Positions 50,072-58,675 of a stretch of DNA of 64,000 nt are shown here, piece by piece. How positions within the stretch are numbered: position 1 is the stretch's first letter; each line of letters begins with the position of its first letter. The notes beneath the pieces were generated by a model. It saw only the letters and a list, made by a program, of their open reading frames with translations. It was not told the origin of the DNA and did no database searches. This DNA is from an uncultured archaeon (lineage in GTDB: Archaea > Asgardarchaeota > Lokiarchaeia > Sigyniarchaeales > SOKP01): the NCBI GenBank assembly GCA_964508365.1, contig CAZDTP010000001.1:32001-96000 (forward strand), written 5' to 3'. Position numbers and translations under genes: made by a program.

Positions 50072-50719
50072 TTATCTCCAGAAATGAAAAAATTCTGAAA
50101 AGATTGGACCTATCCAAAAGTAAAACTCAACCCAATAGATATAAGTCAATCCAAGAAACAGTAAAGCGTAGAGAAACCCAAATATAAATCCAAATATAAT
50201 ATCAGTAGGGAAGTGTACTCCTAAAATCACCCGGGATATTCCCATAATTATATCTAAACTAAAGAATATGAAAAAAATTGGCCAATTATTAAAGTAATAA
50301 GCAAGGAGAATTCCAAAAAGCAGAAAGAAAGTCACATGCCCCGAAGGAAACGATTTTTCCTCTGAATCTGGCATTAAATATGGAATTCGTAAGAATAAAT
50401 CATGCCTCTTAACTCCTTCTTTTTTAAGTTTGATGTAAGGTCTATTCCTTCTAACTAAACCATATCTAATAATTACCTGAAGAATTAAAGATTGTTCAAA
50501 TCCAGAGACAAATAGAACAAGAAGATAATAATCTTTTGTAACATATCCATAGAAGAACCATACGATAATGATAATACTCCAGAAATATAATGATCCTAAA
50601 AAGCTGAAAATTTTCGCAAATTGTTTTGTTCTTTTAGAAAAATCACTCTTATATAAGCATAGGAAAGCTCGGTGATCCCATTGCTCTATTTTATTTAAGT
50701 AATCAGATAATATCGACAT
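50072..50719 (-). CDS. PAP2-family membrane phosphatase
   Basis: RRNRP, SFPSGH and SRVILGVHFPTD. Confidence 0.92.
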   Translation of the reverse strand: MSILSDYLNKIEQWDHRAFLCLYKSDFSKRTKQFAKIFSFLGSLYFWSIIIIVWFFYGYVTKDYYLLVLFVSGFEQSLILQVIIRYGLVRRNRPYIKLKKEGVKRHDLFLRIPYLMPDSEEKSFPSGHVTFFLLFGILLAYYFNNWPIFFIFFSLDIIMGISRVILGVHFPTDIIFGFIFGFLYALLFLGLTYIYWVEFYFWIGPIFSEFFHFWR

Positions 50720-50939
50720 TTTCGCTATTAGGTAATGAATTGAGATTTAGTGTTTTTTCGAGTATTAAAAGATTTCCCAACGAAAAACCAGTTTAATATG
50801 GTTAATAATATGTTTAAGTAGTAGGTAGAGTTGACACATGCTATGTAGAAACAACAAGTTTAAATAAAATAGTAATTATTTATTATACAAATATCTAAAA
50901 TTAACTTGCTATAATTATAAAATATAATAGAGAAGCATT

Positions 50940-51488
50940 ATGATGGAAAATTATAACGGATTCTCAGAAGAAAATTTAAGAGAAATTGCTAAAAAAAAAG
51001 TTGTCTTTAGATTTTCTGTTAGATTACACATTAGTATCTTTCTGATTGCGAATTTATTATTATATTTTATAAATTATTTGACTTTACCATATTATTACTG
51101 GATTATCTATCCATTTTTTGGCTGGTTAATTGGTGTGGCTGAACATATAACTGCATATCTAATTTATGCAAAGGGAATTTACCCAAACATTAAAAGAGGC
51201 GTGATCTTTCATATTGTCGCTTACATTTTTGTGAATTTGCTTTTAACCATTATTTTTTATTATAATGAACTTTACTATCCTAACTTTATATTGCATATAG
51301 AAGTCATCAATCCATATCAATGGCCTATGTTTCCGTTAGTGTTTTGGGGTGCTGGTTTATTAATACATATTGCAGTTTATTTGATTTTCTTTAGAAGTAA
51401 AGTTTACAATGAAGGAATAAGACAAACGAAACGAGAAAAGGCAATTGAAAGAGAGATAGAAAAAATGAAATCTAAATTTAAAAAATAG
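50940..51488 (+). CDS. Tandem 2TM-domain membrane protein
   Basis: Two repeats of H..(I/A)(F/Y)..(A/V)NLLL..I.....W..(Y/F)P..(G/F)WG/L. Confidence 0.75.
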   Translation: MMENYNGFSEENLREIAKKKVVFRFSVRLHISIFLIANLLLYFINYLTLPYYYWIIYPFFGWLIGVAEHITAYLIYAKGIYPNIKRGVIFHIVAYIFVNLLLTIIFYYNELYYPNFILHIEVINPYQWPMFPLVFWGAGLLIHIAVYLIFFRSKVYNEGIRQTKREKAIEREIEKMKSKFKK

Positions 51489-51510
51489 GTTCCTCGAGGA
51501 TTAAAATAGA

Positions 51511-52143
51511 ATGTGGTTAGGAAAATTTTTGGATCTGGAGGAAGATATAAAAGCTGTAAGATCCAAAATACAACAAGAACTATTTCAAGGAATTAAGAAA
51601 TATAAATTGACACCCCTTGAGTTTACGATACTAGAAACTACTTTTAATTGTAAGGAATTAGCTGGTTATGATTTAATATTAAATTTAAATAAACATTTTG
51701 AAGGAACATGGGAAGCACAGTCAGGAACAATATATCCTATCCTTTCTAAACTGAAAAGAGACGGTTTTCTTAACTCTCGACCCGTTAAAAGCCCTATAGG
51801 TCCAATTCGTAAAGTTTATTCATTAACAGAAGCAGGAGAACAGATATTAAAAACAAAAGTTAATAAACATTTTGAAGACCAGCTTAAATTTATGGGTAAT
51901 TTTCTTATTGAATTATCCTCGATTTATATTCAGTCTCATCCTAAGGAGGAAGAGGAAGATAAAATTAACGAAGTCCAAAACTTAATCAAAAAAATCTTAG
52001 AAACCGTAGTAGAGAAAATTCCTTCAATTCTAAAATACAAGAGGAAATGTGAACAATGTGGTTCTGAGATGGAGCGAATTGCGTCGTTTTGTTCATTTTG
52101 CGGAGCCACTTTGCTTATAGAAACAGAAGAAAAGAAAACATAA
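51511..52143 (+). CDS. PadR-family transcriptional regulator with C-terminal zinc ribbon
   Basis: GYDLI, GTIYPILSKL, RKVYSLTEAG and CEQCG..CSFCG. Confidence 0.88.
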   Translation: MWLGKFLDLEEDIKAVRSKIQQELFQGIKKYKLTPLEFTILETTFNCKELAGYDLILNLNKHFEGTWEAQSGTIYPILSKLKRDGFLNSRPVKSPIGPIRKVYSLTEAGEQILKTKVNKHFEDQLKFMGNFLIELSSIYIQSHPKEEEEDKINEVQNLIKKILETVVEKIPSILKYKRKCEQCGSEMERIASFCSFCGATLLIETEEKKT

Positions 52144-52265
52144 CTCTCTTATTGAAATTTCTTCTTTTAATACTAATGCAATTATTTATTAGAAAAAATT
52201 AACTTTTTATTTTTTATTTAATTTCAAAAAAAGAAAGTAGAATAATAGAGTTCAGGCTATTACAA

Positions 52266-53570
52266 TTATTCAATTTCAATATTTAGTTTTTTGAAAATTT
52301 TATCAATCGTATCGCTAGCTATACTTTTCAAAATATCTTCTAAAGGAGCTAAAACTTCATCTCTTTGTGTTGTTCTATTGTTGCTAATTCTTCCCTCTGT
52401 AACCTCAATACCACTTTGCGCCCACGAGTCAAGATCATTAAACGTAAACCAAATATCTCGATAAGCACCCTCGGTGCCTCCATTTCGAGCTAACGGTTTT
52501 TCTATGATTGGAATTTCTGGATCCTGTAGATAGCACCAATCTAGTATTATCCACTCTAAATTTCGTTCTGAATCAGGGCGATCCGCTAAATAAATGCAAT
52601 ACGCGTGACCTCCTAATTCTGTGTCTGATGGTGCAAAGATAGGGTCTGCCATAACTTGGGCAGCACATACTTTTACTCTCCACGAAGGTATCCCTGCATT
52701 AATTAATAAGCTTGCAATTAAGATCGCTCCATCCTCACAATCACCAATCTCGGATTGAATAGCTTCAAAGGGAAATAACCAGAATTCAGGGCATTCTGAT
52801 GTGACATCGTCATATGTATACTTAAGAAAATTGCATACAAAATTTTGGATTGCTAACGCTGTGTCGTTGGGAGTGTCTTTTCTTAAATCGAGATGATTTA
52901 AGACATGCCATAGAATAGCATCGTTTTTCTTTATAAATGCTTTTACATCTACATCAATTTGTTTGTTATAGGATTCCCCCCTTAACGCTCGTCCAGTATA
53001 GATGATGGGGGCAGTGTCCCATTTATCATTCCAATAATCAGGTCCATATTCTCCATAATCTTTTTCAAATTGTTCAAACGGTTTGTAATTAGGAGTGATT
53101 GGTATTGTCGAATCTGGAGTCTCTTTAGTTGGTTGCTCTTTCTTAGGTATTGGCTTCTTTTTAACCTCTTCCCCTTTTTTAGGTACCTCTGCTAATCTTT
53201 TTGCTTCAGCAACCCAGTTTTCGATAGTTTTTATTGTAGGTACTTTTGTTAGGATTTTTGAATTTTCATTTTTTAATTGTTTTAACTTTTCAACAGTTGT
53301 TTTTGGATTTCGGTATGCGAATTCTTTAACAGAATCAATTCCAATAATATTTATTGCATTCGCTAGTTCCGGAGTAATCCCTACAATTCGCATTAAATCA
53401 GCATGTTCTTGCCATGTATCAAGGGTTTTCACAGCAACTCCTATGCTTCTCGCCAATTGTTTAATCTGATAGTAACTAAGAGAAAGTAGGTGTTCGACCT
53501 CCTTTATGCCGGCTTTCTCTAAAAGTTTGGCGTGTTTTGCTTCTAAACCAATAATTTCAATTAATTTCAT
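52266..53570 (-). CDS. DUF4332-like HhH domain fused to a transglutaminase-like cysteine protease domain
   Basis: N-terminal IIGL..HAKLLEKAGI / RIVGI..LANAI..IGIDSV repeats. Triad GDCED, GGHAY, LDW. Start moved from 53699 to MKLIEIIG. Confidence 0.75.
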   Translation of the reverse strand: MKLIEIIGLEAKHAKLLEKAGIKEVEHLLSLSYYQIKQLARSIGVAVKTLDTWQEHADLMRIVGITPELANAINIIGIDSVKEFAYRNPKTTVEKLKQLKNENSKILTKVPTIKTIENWVAEAKRLAEVPKKGEEVKKKPIPKKEQPTKETPDSTIPITPNYKPFEQFEKDYGEYGPDYWNDKWDTAPIIYTGRALRGESYNKQIDVDVKAFIKKNDAILWHVLNHLDLRKDTPNDTALAIQNFVCNFLKYTYDDVTSECPEFWLFPFEAIQSEIGDCEDGAILIASLLINAGIPSWRVKVCAAQVMADPIFAPSDTELGGHAYCIYLADRPDSERNLEWIILDWCYLQDPEIPIIEKPLARNGGTEGAYRDIWFTFNDLDSWAQSGIEVTEGRISNNRTTQRDEVLAPLEDILKSIASDTIDKIFKKLNIEIE

Positions 53571-53677
53571 TTCAATCCCTATTAAATATATTAATATTAA
53601 ATAAGAAATAATGAAAACATGAATTTTATTCTTTTCAGTGACCAAAATTTTTGGAGGAATATTATAATAGAAAAGAA

Positions 53678-53689
53678 AGTGGCGGGAGG
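53678..53689. repeat. 12-bp direct repeat copy (AGTGGCGGGAGG) of the tRNA-Leu 3' end
   Basis: Exact match to 54677-54688. Confidence 0.85.
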
Positions 53690-53809
53690 CATGTCTCAAG
53701 GTGAAGATTTTTTTATTGACTAAATAAATAAATTTTAAGCCTCTAAGAGTTTTTCAACTAAATTGAAATCATTTTATGTAAAAGACATGAATTTGATAAA
53801 GGAACCAAC

Positions 53810-54658
53810 TTGAATTCTAAATCAATCAGTTTTCATCCAAATATTAATGAGCTCTATTTTCAAAGAATAGATAACAAAGAAAAAGCATATTGGTTTGGCT
53901 TTTTACATGCAGATGGTTATTTAGACAGAGTGTCTAAAAATGTATTAAGATTAGGTATCGAAATTCATCAAAAAGATGAAATCTTAATAAACAGATTTTG
54001 TGAAACCCTTGGAATTGATTTTAAATACAAATCCTATAGAGAAAGAATTTGTCTTGGAAAAATCTTAAAAACAGTCTCTATTAGATTTATAAATAAACCA
54101 ATAATTAATGATTTAATAAAACATGGGTTCAAAAGGAATAAAGCAAAGATAATATCTTTTCCAAATTTAAAGACTAAAGAGATTAAGCTTGCATTTTTGT
54201 TAGGCTTTTATGATGGCGATGGAAGTCCAAAACCCCCAAGGATTTATTCAGGAAGTAAGAATTTTTTAGAACAGGTAAGGAGTGAATTTAATTTGAATTT
54301 TCAAGTTTTTGAAAAACTAGGGATAGGAAGATCATATTATATGAATTTGGGTAAAAATCTATACCTTAAAATGTTAAAAAATTATAAAGTTAGCTTACCT
54401 CGTAAAAGAATTGAATCACAATTCATATCTTACAAGGAAAAGATTGAACGTATAAAAGAGAATGCATGGCATGGGGGTAATAGAAGAAAATTAATGATTT
54501 CTGAAGATAAATTAAAAAAATTAGTATGGGAAATGCCTCTTTATGAAGTTGGTCAGAAATGTAATGTATCTGGAAATACTATTAAGAAGTATTGTATTAA
54601 ATGGGGAATAAACCTACCTCCTCGTGGTTATTGGGTAAAGGAATATAAAAGATCTTAA
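53810..54658 (+). CDS. Double-motif LAGLIDADG homing endonuclease with C-terminal HTH
   Basis: Motif 1 KAYWFGFLHADG, motif 2 KLAFLLGFYDGDG, C-terminal HTH LYEVGQKCNVSGNTIKKYC..LPPRGYW. Confidence 0.88.
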   Translation: MNSKSISFHPNINELYFQRIDNKEKAYWFGFLHADGYLDRVSKNVLRLGIEIHQKDEILINRFCETLGIDFKYKSYRERICLGKILKTVSIRFINKPIINDLIKHGFKRNKAKIISFPNLKTKEIKLAFLLGFYDGDGSPKPPRIYSGSKNFLEQVRSEFNLNFQVFEKLGIGRSYYMNLGKNLYLKMLKNYKVSLPRKRIESQFISYKEKIERIKENAWHGGNRRKLMISEDKLKKLVWEMPLYEVGQKCNVSGNTIKKYCIKWGINLPPRGYWVKEYKRS

Positions 54659-54692
54659 GGAGTAAAAAAGAAAAGGAGTGGCGGGAGGGAGA

Positions 54693-54721
54693 ATTCCAAT
54701 ATTAGGGATTTCCCTAATAAC
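54693..54721 (-). other. 29-nt tRNA intron at position 59/60 (T-loop)
   Basis: BHB: outer GGGAG/CTCCC, central TTCG/TGGA, bulges AA|G and AT|T, inner hairpin TATTAGGG/CCCTAATA. Confidence 0.88.
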
Positions 54722-54768
54722 TTCGAACTCCCGAAGGCCTTTGCCACTGGATCTTAAGTCCAGCACCT

Positions 54769-54806
54769 CTAATCGGTCTTGACCCTTCTTCTAAACCAAA
54801 AGACCT
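54769..54806 (-). other. 38-nt tRNA intron at position 21/22 (D-arm)
   Basis: Relaxed BHB: central GGTC/GATT, bulges AA|A and AG|A, inner helix GGTCTT/AAGACC. Removal restores GGTCAAAGGT. Confidence 0.85.
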
Positions 54807-54852
54807 TTGACCAGACTCGGTAATCCCGCCAAATTTTTATATGTTGATATAA

Positions 54853-54858
54853 CTTAAA
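54853..54858 (-). promoter_or_regulatory. Candidate TATA box for tRNA-Leu
   Basis: TTTAAG 23-28 nt upstream of the mature 5' end, although the background is AT-rich. Confidence 0.4.
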
Positions 54859-55145
54859 TTAGAAAATTAAGGTATTTTTTATTAAATCTAATAGGTTTTA
54901 AGTGTACTATTGAGAAATTTTAGTTTTAATTTAAATTTTTACCTTAGCTATAAGGCTTCTAAATATCCTTTGCTTACTCTTTAATATCTACATATTAAAT
55001 CAATTTTATAATTAGTAAGGAACATTTAATGAATGAACAAGTTACCTTCTAAAATTAAAAATAAAAATAAATAAATAATAACAAGGTATTAAATTTATAA
55101 TAACACAAAATAAGTAAATTAATATTCTTCTTCGAGGTTTATGTT

Positions 55146-55523
55146 TTGCCTGTTGGAATTCTTATAATTCGGTGGGATAATGAAATTGGTCCGATAAACG
55201 AAGGTTTTTATCCAGAAAACCTAAAAATAACAAATAACTTGCTTACACAAGTGTATTCTTCACATCGGTATCAAAGCTTAAAGCCAGGGTTCGCATCGAT
55301 AAGCTTAAAGAACAATAAAGTCGTTTCATTTTTTTCAGGAGTAGGCGACGACCATATTAGCGTTGAAAATTATGTCGTTGCGTTATTATTACGAAGGGAT
55401 GAAAAACCCAGCAAGTATCGAGAAATTTTAAAAACAATAGCTTCTGAAATACTCGACCAAACTCAAGATAGTAAATTTTTAAAGCTTCTCCCTAACCTCT
55501 ATAAAGATTTAGCTAAAATTTAG
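55146..55523 (+). CDS. Stand-alone longin/uDENN-like domain protein
   Basis: ILIIRWDNEIGP...GFYP start matches the (F/W)D...GP....YP pattern of uDENN/longin folds, followed by a beta-beta-beta-alpha layout. Confidence 0.55.
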   Translation: MPVGILIIRWDNEIGPINEGFYPENLKITNNLLTQVYSSHRYQSLKPGFASISLKNNKVVSFFSGVGDDHISVENYVVALLLRRDEKPSKYREILKTIASEILDQTQDSKFLKLLPNLYKDLAKI

Positions 55524-55567
55524 AATATTTAAAAAAGTTCCAAGAATAAGGTATAAATTAATTCAAG

Positions 55568-56605
55568 TTAAGCTTCTTCTTGTTTTTTTACAACAATTTT
55601 TCCTGTTTCGTTTATTTCAAACAAATCAACGTCTTGTAAATTCTGAACAATCTTTTTGACATGTACAATGGGAGAACCAAGAGCGTTTCGTAAATCATCT
55701 ATAGCCATTGATCCAACTTGTTCTACAATCAAAAAAGCTTTAAATTGAGCTTCGTGTTCCATTAAAGCTGTTAATTTATCGTAATAATTAATCTTTTTTT
55801 GGTTTTTTTTCTTAAACTCCTTGAGATCTTTCATCGCATAATTCGCATCTCTTAAAGCTTCGTCTGCTTCTCGCCTTTTTTCTAAAGCGTCTTCTAACTT
55901 ATTTATCAGTTCTTCTTGTCTCTCACGAATTTCCGAAAATCTAGACTTTACATCTTTAGCTTCTGAGGTTGCTTCAGTTGATACTAATTTACTATCTAAA
56001 AGAAAAGTATCTAAATCTGATATTTTGCTTATAAGTTCATTTTTTTCTTCAATATGATCAGTTCTAAGTTTTTCGATTTCTTTTTTCCACTTTTGATCCA
56101 TATCAGTTAATAATTTTACTTGTTCTGCTTGTAATTTATCAGCGAACGCTTGAAGTTCTTTTATTTTATTTTCTGAAGATTTAAGGATACTATTTTTTAG
56201 AATTAATTCAGATTTCTTTTCTGCTAATTCTGCTTTAAGGTTCCCAATTTCTTCAAAACTCTCATCCAATCGTTTCTCAGCGGGTATGTTTTGTCTTTGC
56301 ATAAATTCTAATTCTTTCTTTGTTGCAAGAACTTCACCTTTCGCAAGATCATATTCTTTTTCTCTCTCGTTAAGTAATGCTCTTTGAGTTCCTATTAACT
56401 CTTTTAATTCCAGTACGTCTTCTGGAACATCATACATTCTTGCGATATTTACTTTCTGTTCTTCGATAACATCATCTTGACTCTGTATAACTCTTTTTTG
56501 CTTCTCTAGCAATTCCTGTAATCTGTCAATCTTAGACTGAAGAACTGCTGTTTCTTTTTCGCTTGATTCGATTCCATCTATCGCATTTTTAAGATCATCA
56601 GGCAT
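55568..56605 (-). CDS. Long coiled-coil protein with C-terminal winged helix
   Basis: About 280 aa of heptad repeats, then FKAFLIVEQVGSMAIDDLRNALGSP..VKKIVQNL...LFEINETGKIV. Confidence 0.75.
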   Translation of the reverse strand: MPDDLKNAIDGIESSEKETAVLQSKIDRLQELLEKQKRVIQSQDDVIEEQKVNIARMYDVPEDVLELKELIGTQRALLNEREKEYDLAKGEVLATKKELEFMQRQNIPAEKRLDESFEEIGNLKAELAEKKSELILKNSILKSSENKIKELQAFADKLQAEQVKLLTDMDQKWKKEIEKLRTDHIEEKNELISKISDLDTFLLDSKLVSTEATSEAKDVKSRFSEIRERQEELINKLEDALEKRREADEALRDANYAMKDLKEFKKKNQKKINYYDKLTALMEHEAQFKAFLIVEQVGSMAIDDLRNALGSPIVHVKKIVQNLQDVDLFEINETGKIVVKKQEEA

Positions 56606-56873
56606 GGTTTACTTCCTTATATTTTTAATTAAAACTATTATAACTTCTTCTAATATTTAATACATATATTTATGTTATAACCATTAATACCAATTCTTGT
56701 TATTATTGAGATAATAGATTCAATTTATATACTTTTCGAAGTAGAGGTTATTTGAAATTCCCGTTTATTATTTTAAACCAGAAGTTATTGATCCATATAT
56801 ATTTATTCTTTATGACTATAAGAAGACTCAAAATATTATAAATCTGAGAAAGATCGTTTTTTTTAAAGACGAA

Positions 56874-57335
56874 TTGGATATTTTAAAGCATGTGAAGAAT
56901 AAAAAACTAAAACTGGCTGATAATAATGATCAAAAAGTATTTTCCATTTTACTGGAAATGCAAAATATTATCAACGCATACTTAAAAGATGGTAAAACAA
57001 ATTTATTTAATGCTTTAAAAGAAATGGGTATATTGTTTGATCTTGATGATACCTTCAATACTCCATTTTCTGAAAGTGTTTTAAAAGCTCTTCTTAAAAT
57101 TAAACCGGGTGAGATAACTACTTATTCAGACTTAGCAAAAAGAATTAATTCAAAAGCTTATCGAGCTGTAGGAGGCGTTCTTAGGAATAATCCTTTACCT
57201 TTAATAATACCTTGCCATCGAGTAATAAAAAAAGATGGGAAGCTTGGTGGGTTTATGGGAAAAATGGAAGAACATTGGCAAACAAATCTAAAAAGGAGTT
57301 TATTAAAGGTAGAAGGTAATATCATTTCAGACTGA
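56874..57335 (+). CDS. ogt: Methylated-DNA--protein-cysteine methyltransferase
   Basis: TYSDLA, RAVG and NPLPLIIPCHRVI active site. Confidence 0.92.
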   Translation: MDILKHVKNKKLKLADNNDQKVFSILLEMQNIINAYLKDGKTNLFNALKEMGILFDLDDTFNTPFSESVLKALLKIKPGEITTYSDLAKRINSKAYRAVGGVLRNNPLPLIIPCHRVIKKDGKLGGFMGKMEEHWQTNLKRSLLKVEGNIISD

Positions 57336-57441
57336 ATTTACTTATTAATTAACTTCAAATCTCTACTTTAAGATTAAGTTCTTTGTAGTTATTTATACTA
57401 ACAGAAATTAATTTATAAGTTAATAACTTCTAAATCATATT

Positions 57442-58644
57442 ATGGTTAAAATATCTACTCTGCATCCCTATTGCCCAAATAACGCAATCGAATTTACTAC
57501 AAATCCTTATGATGTAATAGGAAAAGAAGAAGAGGAAGAATTAAAGAGGAACAAAAAGTCGCTCATTCATTTGATTTTACCTGATGGCGAAGGAGATGAA
57601 ATATATCATAATGCTTTATCAGCTTATGAGAGGTTTAAGGAGTCAAATATAATCGTCCGAGAAAAATATCCATGTATTTTTGTTTATCGTCAAGAATCTG
57701 CCGAGTTTAATCAAGAAGGTTTAATCATGGGAGTAGCTCTTGACGATTACGAAAAAGGTAATATCATCAAACACGAACACACTAGAGAGAAACCACTTAA
57801 GGATCGAACTAAGCTTATTGAGATTACTAATGTAGCCGCTGGCCTTGTTTGGACAGTTTTTCGTGCCGATATCGAGGTTAATAAATTAATTGCCCAAATT
57901 AAAAACGGGAAACCTAAATACGATTTCGAAAAATACAGATATCGTCATATTGTGTGGCAAGAAACAGATTCTACAATCATTAACAAGTTAGCTAGTTTAT
58001 TCAAGAATAAAAAGATTTATATTGCAGATGGGCACCATAGAGCAGCGAGCGCAGCAGAGTATCGTAAACATCAATTAAAAAATGGAAATAAAACCAAAAA
58101 GTTTGATGCGCCATGGCAATATTTACTGTCTTATGTGGCTTCAGACGATCAAATACAGATTTTGCCTTATAATCGCGTAATCAGGAAATTAAGGGATGAT
58201 GAGGATGACTTTATAGAAAAATTAGAAGAAAACTTTGAAGTTAGGAAAGTTAATAAAGCTTTCAATCCGGAAATGAAAAACAAAATTGCTGTTTGCATTA
58301 AAGGAAGGTGGTTTGAGTTGATTGCTAAAGATAAAACTTTCAACTCAAAGAGAGATAGTTTAGATGTAACCATCCTTCAAGATAAGGTTCTGGAGCCAAT
58401 TTTAGGAATTTTAAATGTACGTGCTGATGAAAACATCTTTTTTGTTGGTGGTATTCAAGATCCAACTATTATGGAAAAATACATTACAGATAAGAGAAAT
58501 GACATTTTCTTCAACCTTTTTCCCGTCGATATAAATGATCTAGAATCGATTGCTGATTCTGGGGAAGTAATGCCTCCTAAATCGACTTGGTTCGATCCTA
58601 AGCTTTTATCCGGTTTAGTACTACACGATTTAAGAGAAGAGTGA
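57442..58644 (+). CDS. DUF1015-family protein (ParB/Srx-like DGHHR domain)
   Basis: PYDVI, IIKHEHT, YIADGHHR and MPPKSTWF.PK..SGL. Confidence 0.9.
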   Translation: MVKISTLHPYCPNNAIEFTTNPYDVIGKEEEEELKRNKKSLIHLILPDGEGDEIYHNALSAYERFKESNIIVREKYPCIFVYRQESAEFNQEGLIMGVALDDYEKGNIIKHEHTREKPLKDRTKLIEITNVAAGLVWTVFRADIEVNKLIAQIKNGKPKYDFEKYRYRHIVWQETDSTIINKLASLFKNKKIYIADGHHRAASAAEYRKHQLKNGNKTKKFDAPWQYLLSYVASDDQIQILPYNRVIRKLRDDEDDFIEKLEENFEVRKVNKAFNPEMKNKIAVCIKGRWFELIAKDKTFNSKRDSLDVTILQDKVLEPILGILNVRADENIFFVGGIQDPTIMEKYITDKRNDIFFNLFPVDINDLESIADSGEVMPPKSTWFDPKLLSGLVLHDLREE

Positions 58645-58675
58645 CCAAAAATCTATTAGTCAGGCGCTAAAAAGT

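Larger units (their letters stand above)
53678..54688. mobile_element. ~1-kb homing-endonuclease cassette at the tRNA-Leu 3' end, bounded by att-like repeats
   Basis: A single LAGLIDADG gene between 12-bp direct repeats 999 bp apart, one of which is the tRNA acceptor 3' strand. No integrase. Confidence 0.65.
54679..54830 (-). tRNA. tRNA-Leu(UAA) with two introns (21/22 and 59/60); no encoded CCA
   Basis: Spliced 85-nt sequence GGCGGGA TT ACC GAGTCTGGTCAAA GGT G CTGGA CT TAA GA TCCAG TGGCAAAGGCCTTC GGGAG TTCGAAT CTCCC TCCCGCC A folds as a class II cloverleaf. Anticodon at 54754-54756. Confidence 0.93.

Noticed and set aside
53571-53699. 43-aa N-terminal extension (MRHASRHF...) of the ORF-track call 52266-53699
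   Set aside because: It runs through AT-rich intergenic DNA and the tRNA-derived repeat. MKLIEIIG at 53570 has an SD-like AGGGA and begins the recognisable domain.
53678-53710. Possible separate 3' half of a split tRNA
   Set aside because: Only 12 bp match the acceptor end, with no T-arm and no complementary leader for trans-splicing, so it is better explained as a target duplication.
53678-54688. Provirus or integrative conjugative element at tRNA-Leu
   Set aside because: Only 1 kb lies between the repeats, with no integrase, replication or structural genes, and flanking genes look chromosomal.
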